A DNA stretch of 42,204 nt from Patescibacteria group bacterium (lineage in GTDB: Bacteria > Patescibacteriota > Dojkabacteria > J137). Shown one piece after another: positions 28,769 through 37,996 of this stretch. The first letter of the stretch is position 1, and the number at the start of each line of letters is the position of its first letter. The notes under the pieces are model-generated. The model made no database searches. It saw only the letters and a list, made by a program, of their open reading frames with translations, and was not told the DNA's origin. The translations under genes were made by a program, and so were the position numbers. The stretch covers positions 775,608-817,811 of the forward strand of contig CAUJCN010000002.1 in assembly GCA_963169855.1 (NCBI GenBank), read 5' to 3'.

Positions 28769-28976
28769 TAATAACTTTTCGCCCTCTGTATGTAGGATCC
28801 TCTTTTGTTACTCTGTGAGAAAGTGTTGGAAGTCCAGTTTCCTTTGAGATAGTAAAGAATTTACCTCCATTTTTCTTCATCTTTCTTGCTTTGTTCAAAA
28901 CAACATCATATCTATTTGATGCTTTTGTTGATCTTGCCTTAGAAGACGATCTTTTGTGTTTAGGTGTTGCTGCCAT
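28761..28976 (-). CDS. rpmF: 50S ribosomal protein L32 (Cys-free form)
   Basis: MAATPKHKRSSSK...LSHRV...YRGRKV. Confidence 0.88.
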   Translation of the reverse strand: MAATPKHKRSSSKARSTKASNRYDVVLNKARKMKKNGGKFFTISKETGLPTLSHRVTKEDPTYRGRKVIND

Positions 28977-29000
28977 ATATATTCATTTAAATGTGCTGTC

Positions 29001-29009
29001 ATTTTATCA
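29001..29009 (-). promoter_or_regulatory. Extended -10 promoter for rpmF-nusB-rnc
   Basis: TGA-TAAAAT 24 nt upstream of the ATG. Confidence 0.55.
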
Positions 29010-29082
29010 CAAATCCGCGCTCTGCACATCATAATAACGTCAAAAATGACTAAAAGAGGTAAAGGAGAAAGTGTAAAACCAG

Positions 29083-29625
29083 TTATAAAATTGGTCTTAG
29101 AAAATATAAAGTATTATTTCCCACTAACTTTGTATCAAGAAGATCGAAAAGTCCTTCAAAGTCTGGCATTTCCCCAACTGTAGGTAGTTTCACGACGGCG
29201 ATTCCATCGGGTTTTAATAGCTCATAAAGTGGTCGATATTTCAGATCTGAAGCATTATTGAAAGGTGGGTCGGCTACAACTAAATCAACTTTAAAAGCCA
29301 TTTTCTGATATAGCGTTTTGTAGTCCGTTTTGTAAACTGAAGTGTTGTTTTTGTCATCCTTATCAAGGTTCTCGATATTTTTCCTTAAGAACAGTACGGA
29401 TTTCTCATCATTGTCAGCGAATACTATTCGCTCGGCACCTCTACTCAATGCTTCGATACCTATAGAACCTGCTCCGCAGAATAAGTCTAAGACTGTCTTC
29501 CCTTGAATGAAATGGCTTAAAGTGTCGAATAGCACTAGTTTTGTTCTTTCTGTAAAAGGTCTGGTGTTGTTAGGTATTTCCAACCTCATATTCTTGTATT
29601 TTCCTGCTGTTACTCTGGGATTCAT
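29083..29625 (-). CDS. rsmD: 16S rRNA m2G966 methyltransferase
   Basis: RVTAGKYK, TRPFTE, LDLFCGAGSIGIEALSRGA, DPPF. Confidence 0.93.
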   Translation of the reverse strand: MNPRVTAGKYKNMRLEIPNNTRPFTERTKLVLFDTLSHFIQGKTVLDLFCGAGSIGIEALSRGAERIVFADNDEKSVLFLRKNIENLDKDDKNNTSVYKTDYKTLYQKMAFKVDLVVADPPFNNASDLKYRPLYELLKPDGIAVVKLPTVGEMPDFEGLFDLLDTKLVGNNTLYFLRPIL

Positions 29626-30071
29626 GAAACACTGTTGTAAAGGATAATTCCGACTGTTGTCGATATATTTAATGAATTCTTCTTTCCTAACATTGGGATC
29701 TCTGCAATTAAGTCGGATCTTTCTAAAGTATCTTTAGAAACCCCTGTTATTTCGTTCCCAAAGATGAAGGCGGCTTTGTTTCCCAGTTCGAGATTTTTAT
29801 AACTCACTGAGTTGGGTGATTGTTCTACAGAAATCAGTTGAAACCCTCCATTTTTTAATTCTGATAACAATTCCACTATGTCCTTTCGATGTTCCCATTG
29901 CATAAACTCTTCGGCTCCAAGAGCAGTCTTTTTTACCTTAGGATGGTTTCCGTCAGGGGTAATTCCGCACATATAAACTTTCGTGCATCCAGAGCCATCA
30001 GCGGTACGCAAAACAGACCCTACATTGAAGGTTGATCTGACATCTTCTAAAACTACCACTATTTCTTTCAT
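29622..30071 (-). CDS. SpoU/TrmH-family RNA methyltransferase
   Basis: VRSTFNVGSVLRTADG, FGNEITGV, IPMLGKKNSLNIS. Confidence 0.93.
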   Translation of the reverse strand: MKEIVVVLEDVRSTFNVGSVLRTADGSGCTKVYMCGITPDGNHPKVKKTALGAEEFMQWEHRKDIVELLSELKNGGFQLISVEQSPNSVSYKNLELGNKAAFIFGNEITGVSKDTLERSDLIAEIPMLGKKNSLNISTTVGIILYNSVS

Positions 30072-32059
30072 GAAAATACTTCTATTGATTTAACACCCTT
30101 ATTATACAACGTTTTTGCAATATCTTTTGTTTTCATCATTGCATCAAAGTCTGAAAAATCAGCAATCTTAAGATTAGGTATTCCTGACTGCTTGGTTCCA
30201 TAGATTTCTCCAGGACCTCTGTTCTTTAAATCAAACTCTGATATTCTCATACCGTCTAAGGTTTCACAGAAAGTCTGTAATTTCTCCTCTTGGATTTCGT
30301 TATAGTTATCTGAAGTCATTAGGAAGCACCAGCTTTCGTTGCTACCTCTTCCTACTCTACCTCTAATCTGGTGAAGCTGAGCCATACCAAATCGTTCTGG
30401 GTTCTCAACTATCATAATTGTTGCTTCTGGAACATCGATTCCAACCTCAATCACGCTTGTAGAAAGTAGTATCTTTGTTTTTCCAGTTTTGAAATTATCC
30501 ATGATCTCTGCTTTTGCTGCCTCTTTTAACTTTCCATGAAGAACTCCTAATTCCTTGTCTCCAAATTGTTCCACGAGTTCCTCCTCCATCGATTTTATAT
30601 TTTTCAATCCAGATTCTTCGCTCTCGATTGCAGGCACTACCCAGTACACACGTTCATCTTGAGCTATCTTTTCTTTAACCCAAGAAATAAGGTCTGAACG
30701 TTTAGAATCATCAATTAATCGTGTTTTGATTTCTGTTCTACCCTTTGGCTTGGACTTGATGTACTCTACATCCACTTCTCCGAAAATGAACTCAACAACT
30801 GATCTTGGGATAGGTGTAGCACTCATGTTTAGAAAGTGTGGAAAATGATTTCCTGAATACAGTTCTTTGTATTCCTTGAGTAACTCCTCTCTTTGGTTGA
30901 CTCCAAACTTGTGCTGTTCATCTACAATGATTATTCCAGGACTCTTTATAATGTTGTCTTTTCGGGATAGTATCGCTGTAGTACCTACAAGTACATCTGC
31001 ATCTGCTTCTTTTGTTTTAGAGGTAATTAAAGCGATTTTTGCAAACTCTCCGATGTAGTTGTTGAATGTCTTGAAGTGCTGTTCAGCCAAGATTGTTGTT
31101 GGAGCTAGAATTATAGCTTGATAACCGGATTGAGCTAAGACCAAGGCTAAAAGGACTGCAATTATAGTTTTCCCCGAACCTACATCTCCTTGAACCATCG
31201 AGTTTAATAGTTCATTTCCAATAATCCGATTAAAAAGTACATTAAGCACTTCTTCTTGATCCTTGGTTAGGACGAATGGTAAGTTTTTAACAACGGAGTT
31301 TAAAGCTTTGATTGCTTTTTCTTTATTTATTGTTGGTGCAGGTGGAAATTTTCTATTTTCCTTCTTCTCCAAAAGATGAAGCTGAATGTTGGTGAATTCA
31401 TATTGAGATAATTGTTTCACAGCCTCTTCTACTTCTGAAATGTCGTCGGGAAAGTGTAACTTTCTCAATGAGTCTTTTAATTCGTAGCCGAATTCTTCAA
31501 GTTCGTTAGGAATTTCAATTTCTGATAGATGCGAAATCACGTATTGCATTCTATTTCGAAGCCATTTTTTAGAAATACCACCTGTAAGACTGTATTCGGG
31601 GGCAAAGTCTCTTAAGTGGACGATTGACTTCCCTTCTTTGATTTCTTCGTAATTATCGGGATAAAACGCGATTTTGTTTCCTTTCGCTTTTACTTTTCCA
31701 GAAAGTAAGTACTCTACTCCTGGTTTTATACTATCGGGGATGAACTTTTGATTAAACCAAGTAAGTTGGATTTCTCCGGAATCGTCATAAGCTTTTCCTT
31801 CTTGAATAGTAAAGCCTCTTCTTCTAGTGAAGATGTTCTTTAAACCTCTGACTTGAACCTGAATTAGGTATTTTGATTCTTCATCTGGATTGGATAATAT
31901 TTCTGAAAGCTTCTTCTGATTGGTATTTTCAGTATATCTGTAAGGGAAATACGTAATAAGATCTTTTACAGTTCTGATTTCCAGTTTCTCTAGTTTCTTT
32001 GTATAACCGTCACTAATAAATGGAATTCCATTTACAGACGAGCTTAAGGTCAAATTCAT
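30068..32059 (-). CDS. recG: ATP-dependent DNA helicase RecG
   Basis: DLITYFPYRY wedge domain, QGDVGSGKT, DEQHKFG, MSATPIPRS, QLHQIRGRVGRG, RGPGE. Confidence 0.97.
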   Translation of the reverse strand: MNLTLSSSVNGIPFISDGYTKKLEKLEIRTVKDLITYFPYRYTENTNQKKLSEILSNPDEESKYLIQVQVRGLKNIFTRRRGFTIQEGKAYDDSGEIQLTWFNQKFIPDSIKPGVEYLLSGKVKAKGNKIAFYPDNYEEIKEGKSIVHLRDFAPEYSLTGGISKKWLRNRMQYVISHLSEIEIPNELEEFGYELKDSLRKLHFPDDISEVEEAVKQLSQYEFTNIQLHLLEKKENRKFPPAPTINKEKAIKALNSVVKNLPFVLTKDQEEVLNVLFNRIIGNELLNSMVQGDVGSGKTIIAVLLALVLAQSGYQAIILAPTTILAEQHFKTFNNYIGEFAKIALITSKTKEADADVLVGTTAILSRKDNIIKSPGIIIVDEQHKFGVNQREELLKEYKELYSGNHFPHFLNMSATPIPRSVVEFIFGEVDVEYIKSKPKGRTEIKTRLIDDSKRSDLISWVKEKIAQDERVYWVVPAIESEESGLKNIKSMEEELVEQFGDKELGVLHGKLKEAAKAEIMDNFKTGKTKILLSTSVIEVGIDVPEATIMIVENPERFGMAQLHQIRGRVGRGSNESWCFLMTSDNYNEIQEEKLQTFCETLDGMRISEFDLKNRGPGEIYGTKQSGIPNLKIADFSDFDAMMKTKDIAKTLYNKGVKSIEVFS

Positions 32060-32065
32060 AGTTTG

Positions 32066-32074
32066 ATTATATCA
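32066..32074 (-). promoter_or_regulatory. Extended -10 leaderless promoter for recG
   Basis: TGA-TATAAT-N6-ATG(32059). Confidence 0.7.
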
Positions 32075-32098
32075 GGAAGCTGGAAAGGTCAGAAAACC

Positions 32099-32233
32099 TT
32101 AATTTACAAACACTGAGAAGATTGCAAGTACTGGAGGTAGAATAATGCCTGCCAGTATAGCGATTATGACAATGTTCCAAATAATGCCTCGAAGTTTCTT
32201 GTTGTTGATTACTTTTTGTACTCTATTTCTCAT
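32099..32233 (-). CDS. Small single-TM membrane protein (44 aa), not in the ORF track
   Basis: MRNRVQKVINNKKLRGIIWNIVIIAILAGIILPPVLAIFSVFVN; TGA-TAAACT box 10 nt upstream. Confidence 0.6.
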   Translation of the reverse strand: MRNRVQKVINNKKLRGIIWNIVIIAILAGIILPPVLAIFSVFVN

Positions 32234-32296
32234 AAACTTTTATAGTTTATCAGATTGAGATTTAAATCTGAAGAAGTTTTATTTCTTTTTATCAGA

Positions 32297-33190
32297 TTAT
32301 TCTGTTACTACCTCTCTTCTCTTTTGTTTCATTATACTAATCGCTGAAACTAATTCAGTCTCGAAGTCCTTGATTGCGTTTACAACTCTAATCTCTTGTT
32401 CTGGATCGCCATCTTTCAGGTCGTTTCTTAATAGTTCTTTTGCTTTGCGGAAAGTATATGCAGCAACAGTTAGAGAAAATGGATCGAGGCTTTTTAGAGT
32501 ATCTTTTCTAAAAACTCCGTTTGCATCGATGAATTCTAAAGTAGAAGTATTGTCAGGTAAATCTCTGATAAAACCTACGGATAGATGAGTTTCATCGAAT
32601 CTACCTATATAGGGAACAACTAAAGGGATTAGTATTTCTATCGAATCTCGGTATCTAGGCTCTAGGGCAGAAAGTTCAATTAATGTGAGTAAGAAATGAT
32701 CTACACAAGTACCCAAATGATTTTTCATAGAGTTAAGCCAACTTAGACTGGTATGACCAAGGAATAATGTAGCAACTCTTGCAGCCAATCTTGTTATTGG
32801 TTGATATTTAGGTTTCTCATAGGTAGGTACTGTAGAGTATTTACCTTCGTAAAGAAGATCACTGTCTGGTTTAATTCGTGTTTGTGATTCAGTACGAATA
32901 ATCGGATTGCTGCATAAATATAGCTCTTCCTGGTCAGCAATAATTTTAAATTCTTCTAGATGGTATTCATCGGTATTCCCTGTCCGAACAACAATCGGAT
33001 TCTTTCCATAATAGTTTAAATCGTTGTCTACAATGTCTTGTGCTTCTTCCAAATCCTCAGCGTAAATGGGCTCGGCTACAAAATCTCTTACTAAAATTCT
33101 TCTAATATACTTGTTTTTAAGGAGAGACATTAGGTATTTAAAGTGTGTAGGTGGCAAATTGGGAATTATAGGTTTAAGTTCCTCTTCCAA
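32297..33190 (-). CDS. Hypothetical protein; probable true start at 33289 is cut off by an in-frame TAA
   Basis: 297-aa ORF from TTG; the same frame continues upstream as MENINL*TLDIQKETLENFEPIREDSIIPLVIF. Confidence 0.65.
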   Translation of the reverse strand: MEEELKPIIPNLPPTHFKYLMSLLKNKYIRRILVRDFVAEPIYAEDLEEAQDIVDNDLNYYGKNPIVVRTGNTDEYHLEEFKIIADQEELYLCSNPIIRTESQTRIKPDSDLLYEGKYSTVPTYEKPKYQPITRLAARVATLFLGHTSLSWLNSMKNHLGTCVDHFLLTLIELSALEPRYRDSIEILIPLVVPYIGRFDETHLSVGFIRDLPDNTSTLEFIDANGVFRKDTLKSLDPFSLTVAAYTFRKAKELLRNDLKDGDPEQEIRVVNAIKDFETELVSAISIMKQKRREVVTE

Positions 33191-33322
33191 GAAAATTACT
33201 AAAGGAATGATGGAATCTTCCCGAATTGGTTCGAAGTTCTCTAATGTCTCTTTTTGTATGTCTAGGGTTTATAGGTTAATGTTTTCCATCGTTTTTATGT
33301 GATGGATTTTAGCACCAGAAGT

Positions 33323-33760
33323 TTAAAAAGTAACGCCTTCCAAAGCTAATAAAGCTTTTTTAATTTCGCTTCCACCCATTGAGTACTTTCCTATCGAACC
33401 ATCTTTTCTGACAATTCTGTGGCAAGGAATAATTACTGGAATTGGATTCTTACCCACGGCAGTTGCTACTGCTCTAACTGCTTTAGTTCCTACTCTCTTT
33501 GCAAGTTCTTCGTAAGAAATGATTTCACCTTTTCTTAGTTTCATCAGTTCGTTCCAAACATGCTGCTGAAGTTCAGTTCCCGATTCAAAATCTATTTCAT
33601 ACATAGGGAAACTGTCGATTTCGTTTGAGTAATATCTTTCTAAATTTTTTGTATGGAATTCAGAATCAACATTTGAAGTCTTTGCAGGATGTAGATTTAC
33701 TAGCTTTCCGTTATCGAAAACGAATTCAAATCCATTTGGGAAAATTTCTCTTAAATTCAT
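33323..33760 (-). CDS. ogt: Methylated-DNA-protein-cysteine methyltransferase
   Basis: GTELQQHVW, ISYEELA, RAVATAVGKNP, active site IPCHRIV. Confidence 0.95.
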   Translation of the reverse strand: MNLREIFPNGFEFVFDNGKLVNLHPAKTSNVDSEFHTKNLERYYSNEIDSFPMYEIDFESGTELQQHVWNELMKLRKGEIISYEELAKRVGTKAVRAVATAVGKNPIPVIIPCHRIVRKDGSIGKYSMGGSEIKKALLALEGVTF

Positions 33761-33766
33761 GTATTT

Positions 33767-33775
33767 ATTTTACCA
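33767..33775 (-). promoter_or_regulatory. Extended -10 leaderless promoter for ogt
   Basis: TGG-TAAAAT-N6-ATG(33760). Confidence 0.65.
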
Positions 33776-33815
33776 CGAGGTATCTGTTAAACTCCCGGTG
33801 TATTAAATTTGTTTT

Positions 33816-34241
33816 ATGAACGATGCAATAGAAGACTTAGGAAGTCACATAGATTTTCTGAGAAGTACTGCTAATAAAATTCAACACCTATATATTCATC
33901 CAGATATTAGTGATACAGAGATGACTCAGCAGTCTACGTCTTTGAGGGTAGCAGCGGTGATAAATTACGAATATGGAATAGATACTTTGAGTGACGATGA
34001 ACTTTTCAACATTGCAAGTGAACTTTTTCAAGCAATGCATGATGAGGAAATCGCTCGATACCAAGAATCAACTGGTTTTAACGAGCAAAGAAATAATCGA
34101 AAAACTGCAAATAGAAAAAGAAAAAGTGAACAGATAGCTGAAGGGGTAAGAAATTCAGCTTACGCGAGAGACTATTTTAATGAACAACAGTGGCTAGCAG
34201 TTCAAGCTTATTTTGAACCACAACGAAGAGAAGAATTTTAG
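33816..34241 (+). CDS. Hypothetical protein (141 aa)
   Basis: ORF with protein-like composition; TAAATT-N6-ATG upstream. Confidence 0.65.
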   Translation: MNDAIEDLGSHIDFLRSTANKIQHLYIHPDISDTEMTQQSTSLRVAAVINYEYGIDTLSDDELFNIASELFQAMHDEEIARYQESTGFNEQRNNRKTANRKRKSEQIAEGVRNSAYARDYFNEQQWLAVQAYFEPQRREEF

Positions 34242-34283
34242 TGTAGAATTTATTTATGGAAGTATTAAGTTAAAGTTTATAAC

Positions 34284-35234
34284 ATGAAAATAGTAGTTCT
34301 GAATGAATCGTTTATTACAGCAGATCATATTCAAATCTTTAAAGACATGGGATTTGAAGTGGATGTTTATAAGTTTACTAAAGATGAAAACGAGTTAATC
34401 GAACGTTCCAAAGATGCCGAGATTATTATTACAGATATTTTTGTATCTACTATAACTCCTGAATTGTTGAAACGATGTAATAACCTAAAGTTGATATGTA
34501 TCAACTCCACAGGTTATGACCTAGTAGATTTAAATGTTTTAAAAGCACACGGTGTTCAATTAGCAAATGTTCCTGGCTTCTCTACGGAGTCTGTAGCAGA
34601 ACTAGCTATCGGACTTATGTTTGCACTTAATAGAAAGATAGTCCAAGGAAACAAAGATTATAGAAATAAACCATTCCTAGTAGATCCAGGTACACCAGAG
34701 GAGAAACTTTATTTAGGAAGTAATCTAAAAGGTAAAGTCTTTGGGGTTTACGGATTAGGTGCAATCGGAAGTGAAGCTGCTCGAATTGCAAAATCACTCG
34801 GCATGAGGGTAATTTACCATAGCAGATCTGCTAAGAATGATAACTACGAGAATGTCGACAGAAACACTCTATTAAGTGAATCGGACTTTCTGTCTGTGAA
34901 TTTATCCCTAAATAAAGATACAGAAAACATAATTAGGTATGAAGACTTTAAACAGATGAAATCATCAGCTTACATAATAAATGTTTCAAGAGGAAAACTT
35001 ATCTCGGAAGAAGCTTTGGTAAGAGCTTTAAATGAAAAACTTATAGCTGGAGCAGGACTGGATTCTATTGTTGATAACTCAATTGATAATCCCTTGCTTT
35101 CTCTGGATAACGTGATAATAACTCCGCATATTGGATGGCTTACAGAAGAATCACTTCAGAATATTGGAAATATAATCAAAGAAAATGTAATATCTTACAT
35201 AGAAACAGGTTCGGCTAAATACAAAGTTAACTAA
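34284..35234 (+). CDS. D-isomer-specific 2-hydroxyacid dehydrogenase (glycerate/glyoxylate reductase-like)
   Basis: STGYDLVD, ANVPGFSTESVAE, GVYGLGAIG Rossmann motif, INVSRG, TPHIGW. Confidence 0.92.
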   Translation: MKIVVLNESFITADHIQIFKDMGFEVDVYKFTKDENELIERSKDAEIIITDIFVSTITPELLKRCNNLKLICINSTGYDLVDLNVLKAHGVQLANVPGFSTESVAELAIGLMFALNRKIVQGNKDYRNKPFLVDPGTPEEKLYLGSNLKGKVFGVYGLGAIGSEAARIAKSLGMRVIYHSRSAKNDNYENVDRNTLLSESDFLSVNLSLNKDTENIIRYEDFKQMKSSAYIINVSRGKLISEEALVRALNEKLIAGAGLDSIVDNSIDNPLLSLDNVIITPHIGWLTEESLQNIGNIIKENVISYIETGSAKYKVN

Positions 35235-35243
35235 CTTTTTAAT

Positions 35244-35699
35244 ATGTTCTATCAACCTTTAAAACTTACTCATCCGAAAACTCAAGCTCCAGTGTTTGTA
35301 TATTTCGAAGAAGGAATCGAGAATTTAGTTCCTCGTGATCAACCAGGAATGCTAGATGAATATCTTCAACAGCTTTATCAAACAAACAACGATGCGATAA
35401 GTCGAGGTAGTTACCAGATTCTTTTTATTTGGAACTTCCAGGATGTGATAATGGCTGATGCTTGGGTTTTTGAACTATCGGAAAATTGGAGTCTTACATC
35501 AGATGTCGATGTTGTGAATTTTCAATATTTAGAAATTAGTATTTCGGGAGGTGTTGCATCAGGAGATGGTTTGATTTTACTTGGAAATGAAGAAACTTTA
35601 AGACTAAATTCCGAATCTCTTGAAGAGTATGCAGTTGCGGATAGAAATTTTACAGATACGAGAATTTTTAACCAGCAGGAGTACTTTACAACTAATTAA
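35244..35699 (+). CDS. Hypothetical protein (151 aa)
   Basis: ORF starting 9 nt after the dehydrogenase stop; no recognised motif. Confidence 0.65.
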   Translation: MFYQPLKLTHPKTQAPVFVYFEEGIENLVPRDQPGMLDEYLQQLYQTNNDAISRGSYQILFIWNFQDVIMADAWVFELSENWSLTSDVDVVNFQYLEISISGGVASGDGLILLGNEETLRLNSESLEEYAVADRNFTDTRIFNQQEYFTTN

Positions 35700-36657
35700 C
35701 ACTTTCTAGAGTAAACATCTTGGCAACTTGAGCTTTAATATACTCTTCTCTGCCAGCATACCTATTAAAGTCACGAGAACCTAAAGTGGTTATAAGTAAA
35801 GCAATAAACCCATTTAAAAATTCTACCCTTTTTCTCTTGATGCGTTCATTTAATTTTGAAAGATCCTTTTCATTTTTGAATAACCCAGTTATTCGATCTT
35901 GCAAACTACGTATCTGATCAGGATAGAAAAGTCTTTTAAAGATACTCTCCATTTGTTTATAAATTTCATCGATAACTGCATTCACCTCGACACTTCTCCC
36001 ATTGTGCGATTGATTTTCATTTGAGTCCAATCTGTTATAAGCCTTTCGAAAAAGATTCATAAGATCAGATTCAAGAAACAAGTTAATTGTGCGCTCTGTA
36101 TTGTGGGGATTGTTAGGATCAAACGGTAAAGCTATGAAAATTGTTCTCAAAGATTCTCTTCTAGTTTGGACTGTGTCAGTATGGTCAAAATCGTAAGGTC
36201 CAGATAGGTATTCAATATTAATTGGTAATTGATGTCGGATTGGGTAAAGAACTTCCAAAAAGATTTCTTTAAGCAAAATATTGTCGAAACCAAAGTTTTT
36301 CGAAAGAATCATTCCCAACAAATTCGATATAGATTCGACTTCCGCTCCTTCTAAATCTAAGACCTTTTTTGAATTTTCTTTGCCAATTAATTTTTCTAAA
36401 ATTTCTACTCCGTGGGCTTGGACTAGAGAATTACATAAAGTTGGGTCTAGTGGAAAAGGCATCGAACCACAGATTCTAGAAACAAAATTCAAAGTATCTT
36501 CTGAGTTTCTTTTTGCAACATCGTTGTGTTGAGTGAAAACTTTTGCAAATAGTTCAAGTGCTTGTTGCGTCCATTGACGTTGGATTTCTAGGCTTTCGTT
36601 CTTTGTATTTCCAGATTCTAATTCTTCAACTTTTGGATCTGATGGGTAGTTAGACAT
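35692..36657 (-). CDS. Hypothetical protein (321 aa)
   Basis: Long ATG-started, probably helical ORF. Confidence 0.75.
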   Translation of the reverse strand: MSNYPSDPKVEELESGNTKNESLEIQRQWTQQALELFAKVFTQHNDVAKRNSEDTLNFVSRICGSMPFPLDPTLCNSLVQAHGVEILEKLIGKENSKKVLDLEGAEVESISNLLGMILSKNFGFDNILLKEIFLEVLYPIRHQLPINIEYLSGPYDFDHTDTVQTRRESLRTIFIALPFDPNNPHNTERTINLFLESDLMNLFRKAYNRLDSNENQSHNGRSVEVNAVIDEIYKQMESIFKRLFYPDQIRSLQDRITGLFKNEKDLSKLNERIKRKRVEFLNGFIALLITTLGSRDFNRYAGREEYIKAQVAKMFTLESVN

Positions 36658-36720
36658 AGTCGGTTCTTAATATTCGCATTTTATTTTCTGCAAATATAAA
36701 AGTCAATCGACGAAGTTTTC

Positions 36721-36729
36721 TGATAGAAT
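36721..36729 (+). promoter_or_regulatory. Extended -10 leaderless promoter
   Basis: TGA-TAGAAT-N7-ATG(36737). Confidence 0.6.
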
Positions 36730-36736
36730 GAATCTT

Positions 36737-37996
36737 ATGAAAAAGAAATATTTGATTGCTCTGGGCATTATTACTATTGTTACATTGTTAGTAATAGTTG
36801 CAGGCATAATCATACTCGCTTCTCGGAAGGAACAAAACATTAACATTCCAGATACTACTTCAAACACAATTCCAGATGAAGAAACTCCAGCAGATGAAGA
36901 AGAACCCGAAGACGAAACTCCACAACAACCACAAACACAAGAAGTGGATCCTTCAATAATTCTTCCTGATTTCGAAATTACAACAGTTGTAGGAGGACTT
37001 GATCATCCTTGGGATGTAGATTTTCTTCCCGATCAAACTATGTTGTTTACACAACGAGGAGGATCTCTAAGCGTGTTTAGAAATGGCTCAACAATACATA
37101 CTTTCGATTTTGAAGATGCATATTCACGAGGGGAAGGAGGAGTTTTAGGATTAGCAGTTGACCCGGAATATTCTAGAAATAATTACGTTTACGTCTGTTT
37201 AAATTCTTCTAGGGGAGCAAATCCAGAAATCAGGGTTGTCAGATTAAAATTGAATTCGGCATTGAACAATATAGACGAGCGAACAGACATAGTAACGGGC
37301 ATGCCATCTGCTGATGGAGGAAGACATTCAGGATGTCAAGTTGAATTTGGAAACGATGGTTATTTATGGGTAGGAACTGGAGATAGGGCTGTGGGTTCAG
37401 AACCACAAGATCCAGTGAGTTTAGGTGGCAAGATTTTAAGGGTGAATCGAGACGGTCGCGCGATCGAAGGAAATTTAGGCAGCCCTTATGATTCAAGAAT
37501 TTTCTCTTACGGTCACAGAAATGTTCAGGGACTACTATTTTTCCCTACGAATTTAGGATTTAGTTTCGAAGGTTTTAGTATAGAACAAGGTCCAGACATG
37601 AACGACGAAATTAATATTCTTCGACCAGGAAACTTTGGATGGAATCCAATCCCAGGATACAACGAATCCGTTCCTATGACAGATAAATCGCTCTACCCTA
37701 ACGCTTTTGACGCAATGTTTGAGAGCGGCAGTAGAACTTTCGCATTATCAGGAGGAACCGTTTTAGTTGGAAATGTTTGGGGAAATCTGCAGGGAACAAT
37801 TGTGGCAGGGGCTTTGAAAGATGAGAAATTAACTTTTGTAAAAGTTAATCGTGACGGAAGTTATTTAAGTACAATCAATGCATTCGAAGGTCAATTCGGC
37901 AGGATAAGAACTGCCCAGATTGGACCGGATCAAGCTTTATACTTACTTACAGATAATGGGGGTAATGACTCAATTATACGAATGATGCCAAAATAA
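36737..37996 (+). CDS. Membrane-anchored PQQ-dependent sugar dehydrogenase (glucose/sorbosone dehydrogenase family)
   Basis: N-terminal TM and acidic linker; LDHPWDVDFLPD, GEGGVLGLAVDP, HSG...FGNDGYLWVGTGD, GKILR, YGHRNVQG, GRIR. Confidence 0.88.
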   Translation: MKKKYLIALGIITIVTLLVIVAGIIILASRKEQNINIPDTTSNTIPDEETPADEEEPEDETPQQPQTQEVDPSIILPDFEITTVVGGLDHPWDVDFLPDQTMLFTQRGGSLSVFRNGSTIHTFDFEDAYSRGEGGVLGLAVDPEYSRNNYVYVCLNSSRGANPEIRVVRLKLNSALNNIDERTDIVTGMPSADGGRHSGCQVEFGNDGYLWVGTGDRAVGSEPQDPVSLGGKILRVNRDGRAIEGNLGSPYDSRIFSYGHRNVQGLLFFPTNLGFSFEGFSIEQGPDMNDEINILRPGNFGWNPIPGYNESVPMTDKSLYPNAFDAMFESGSRTFALSGGTVLVGNVWGNLQGTIVAGALKDEKLTFVKVNRDGSYLSTINAFEGQFGRIRTAQIGPDQALYLLTDNGGNDSIIRMMPK

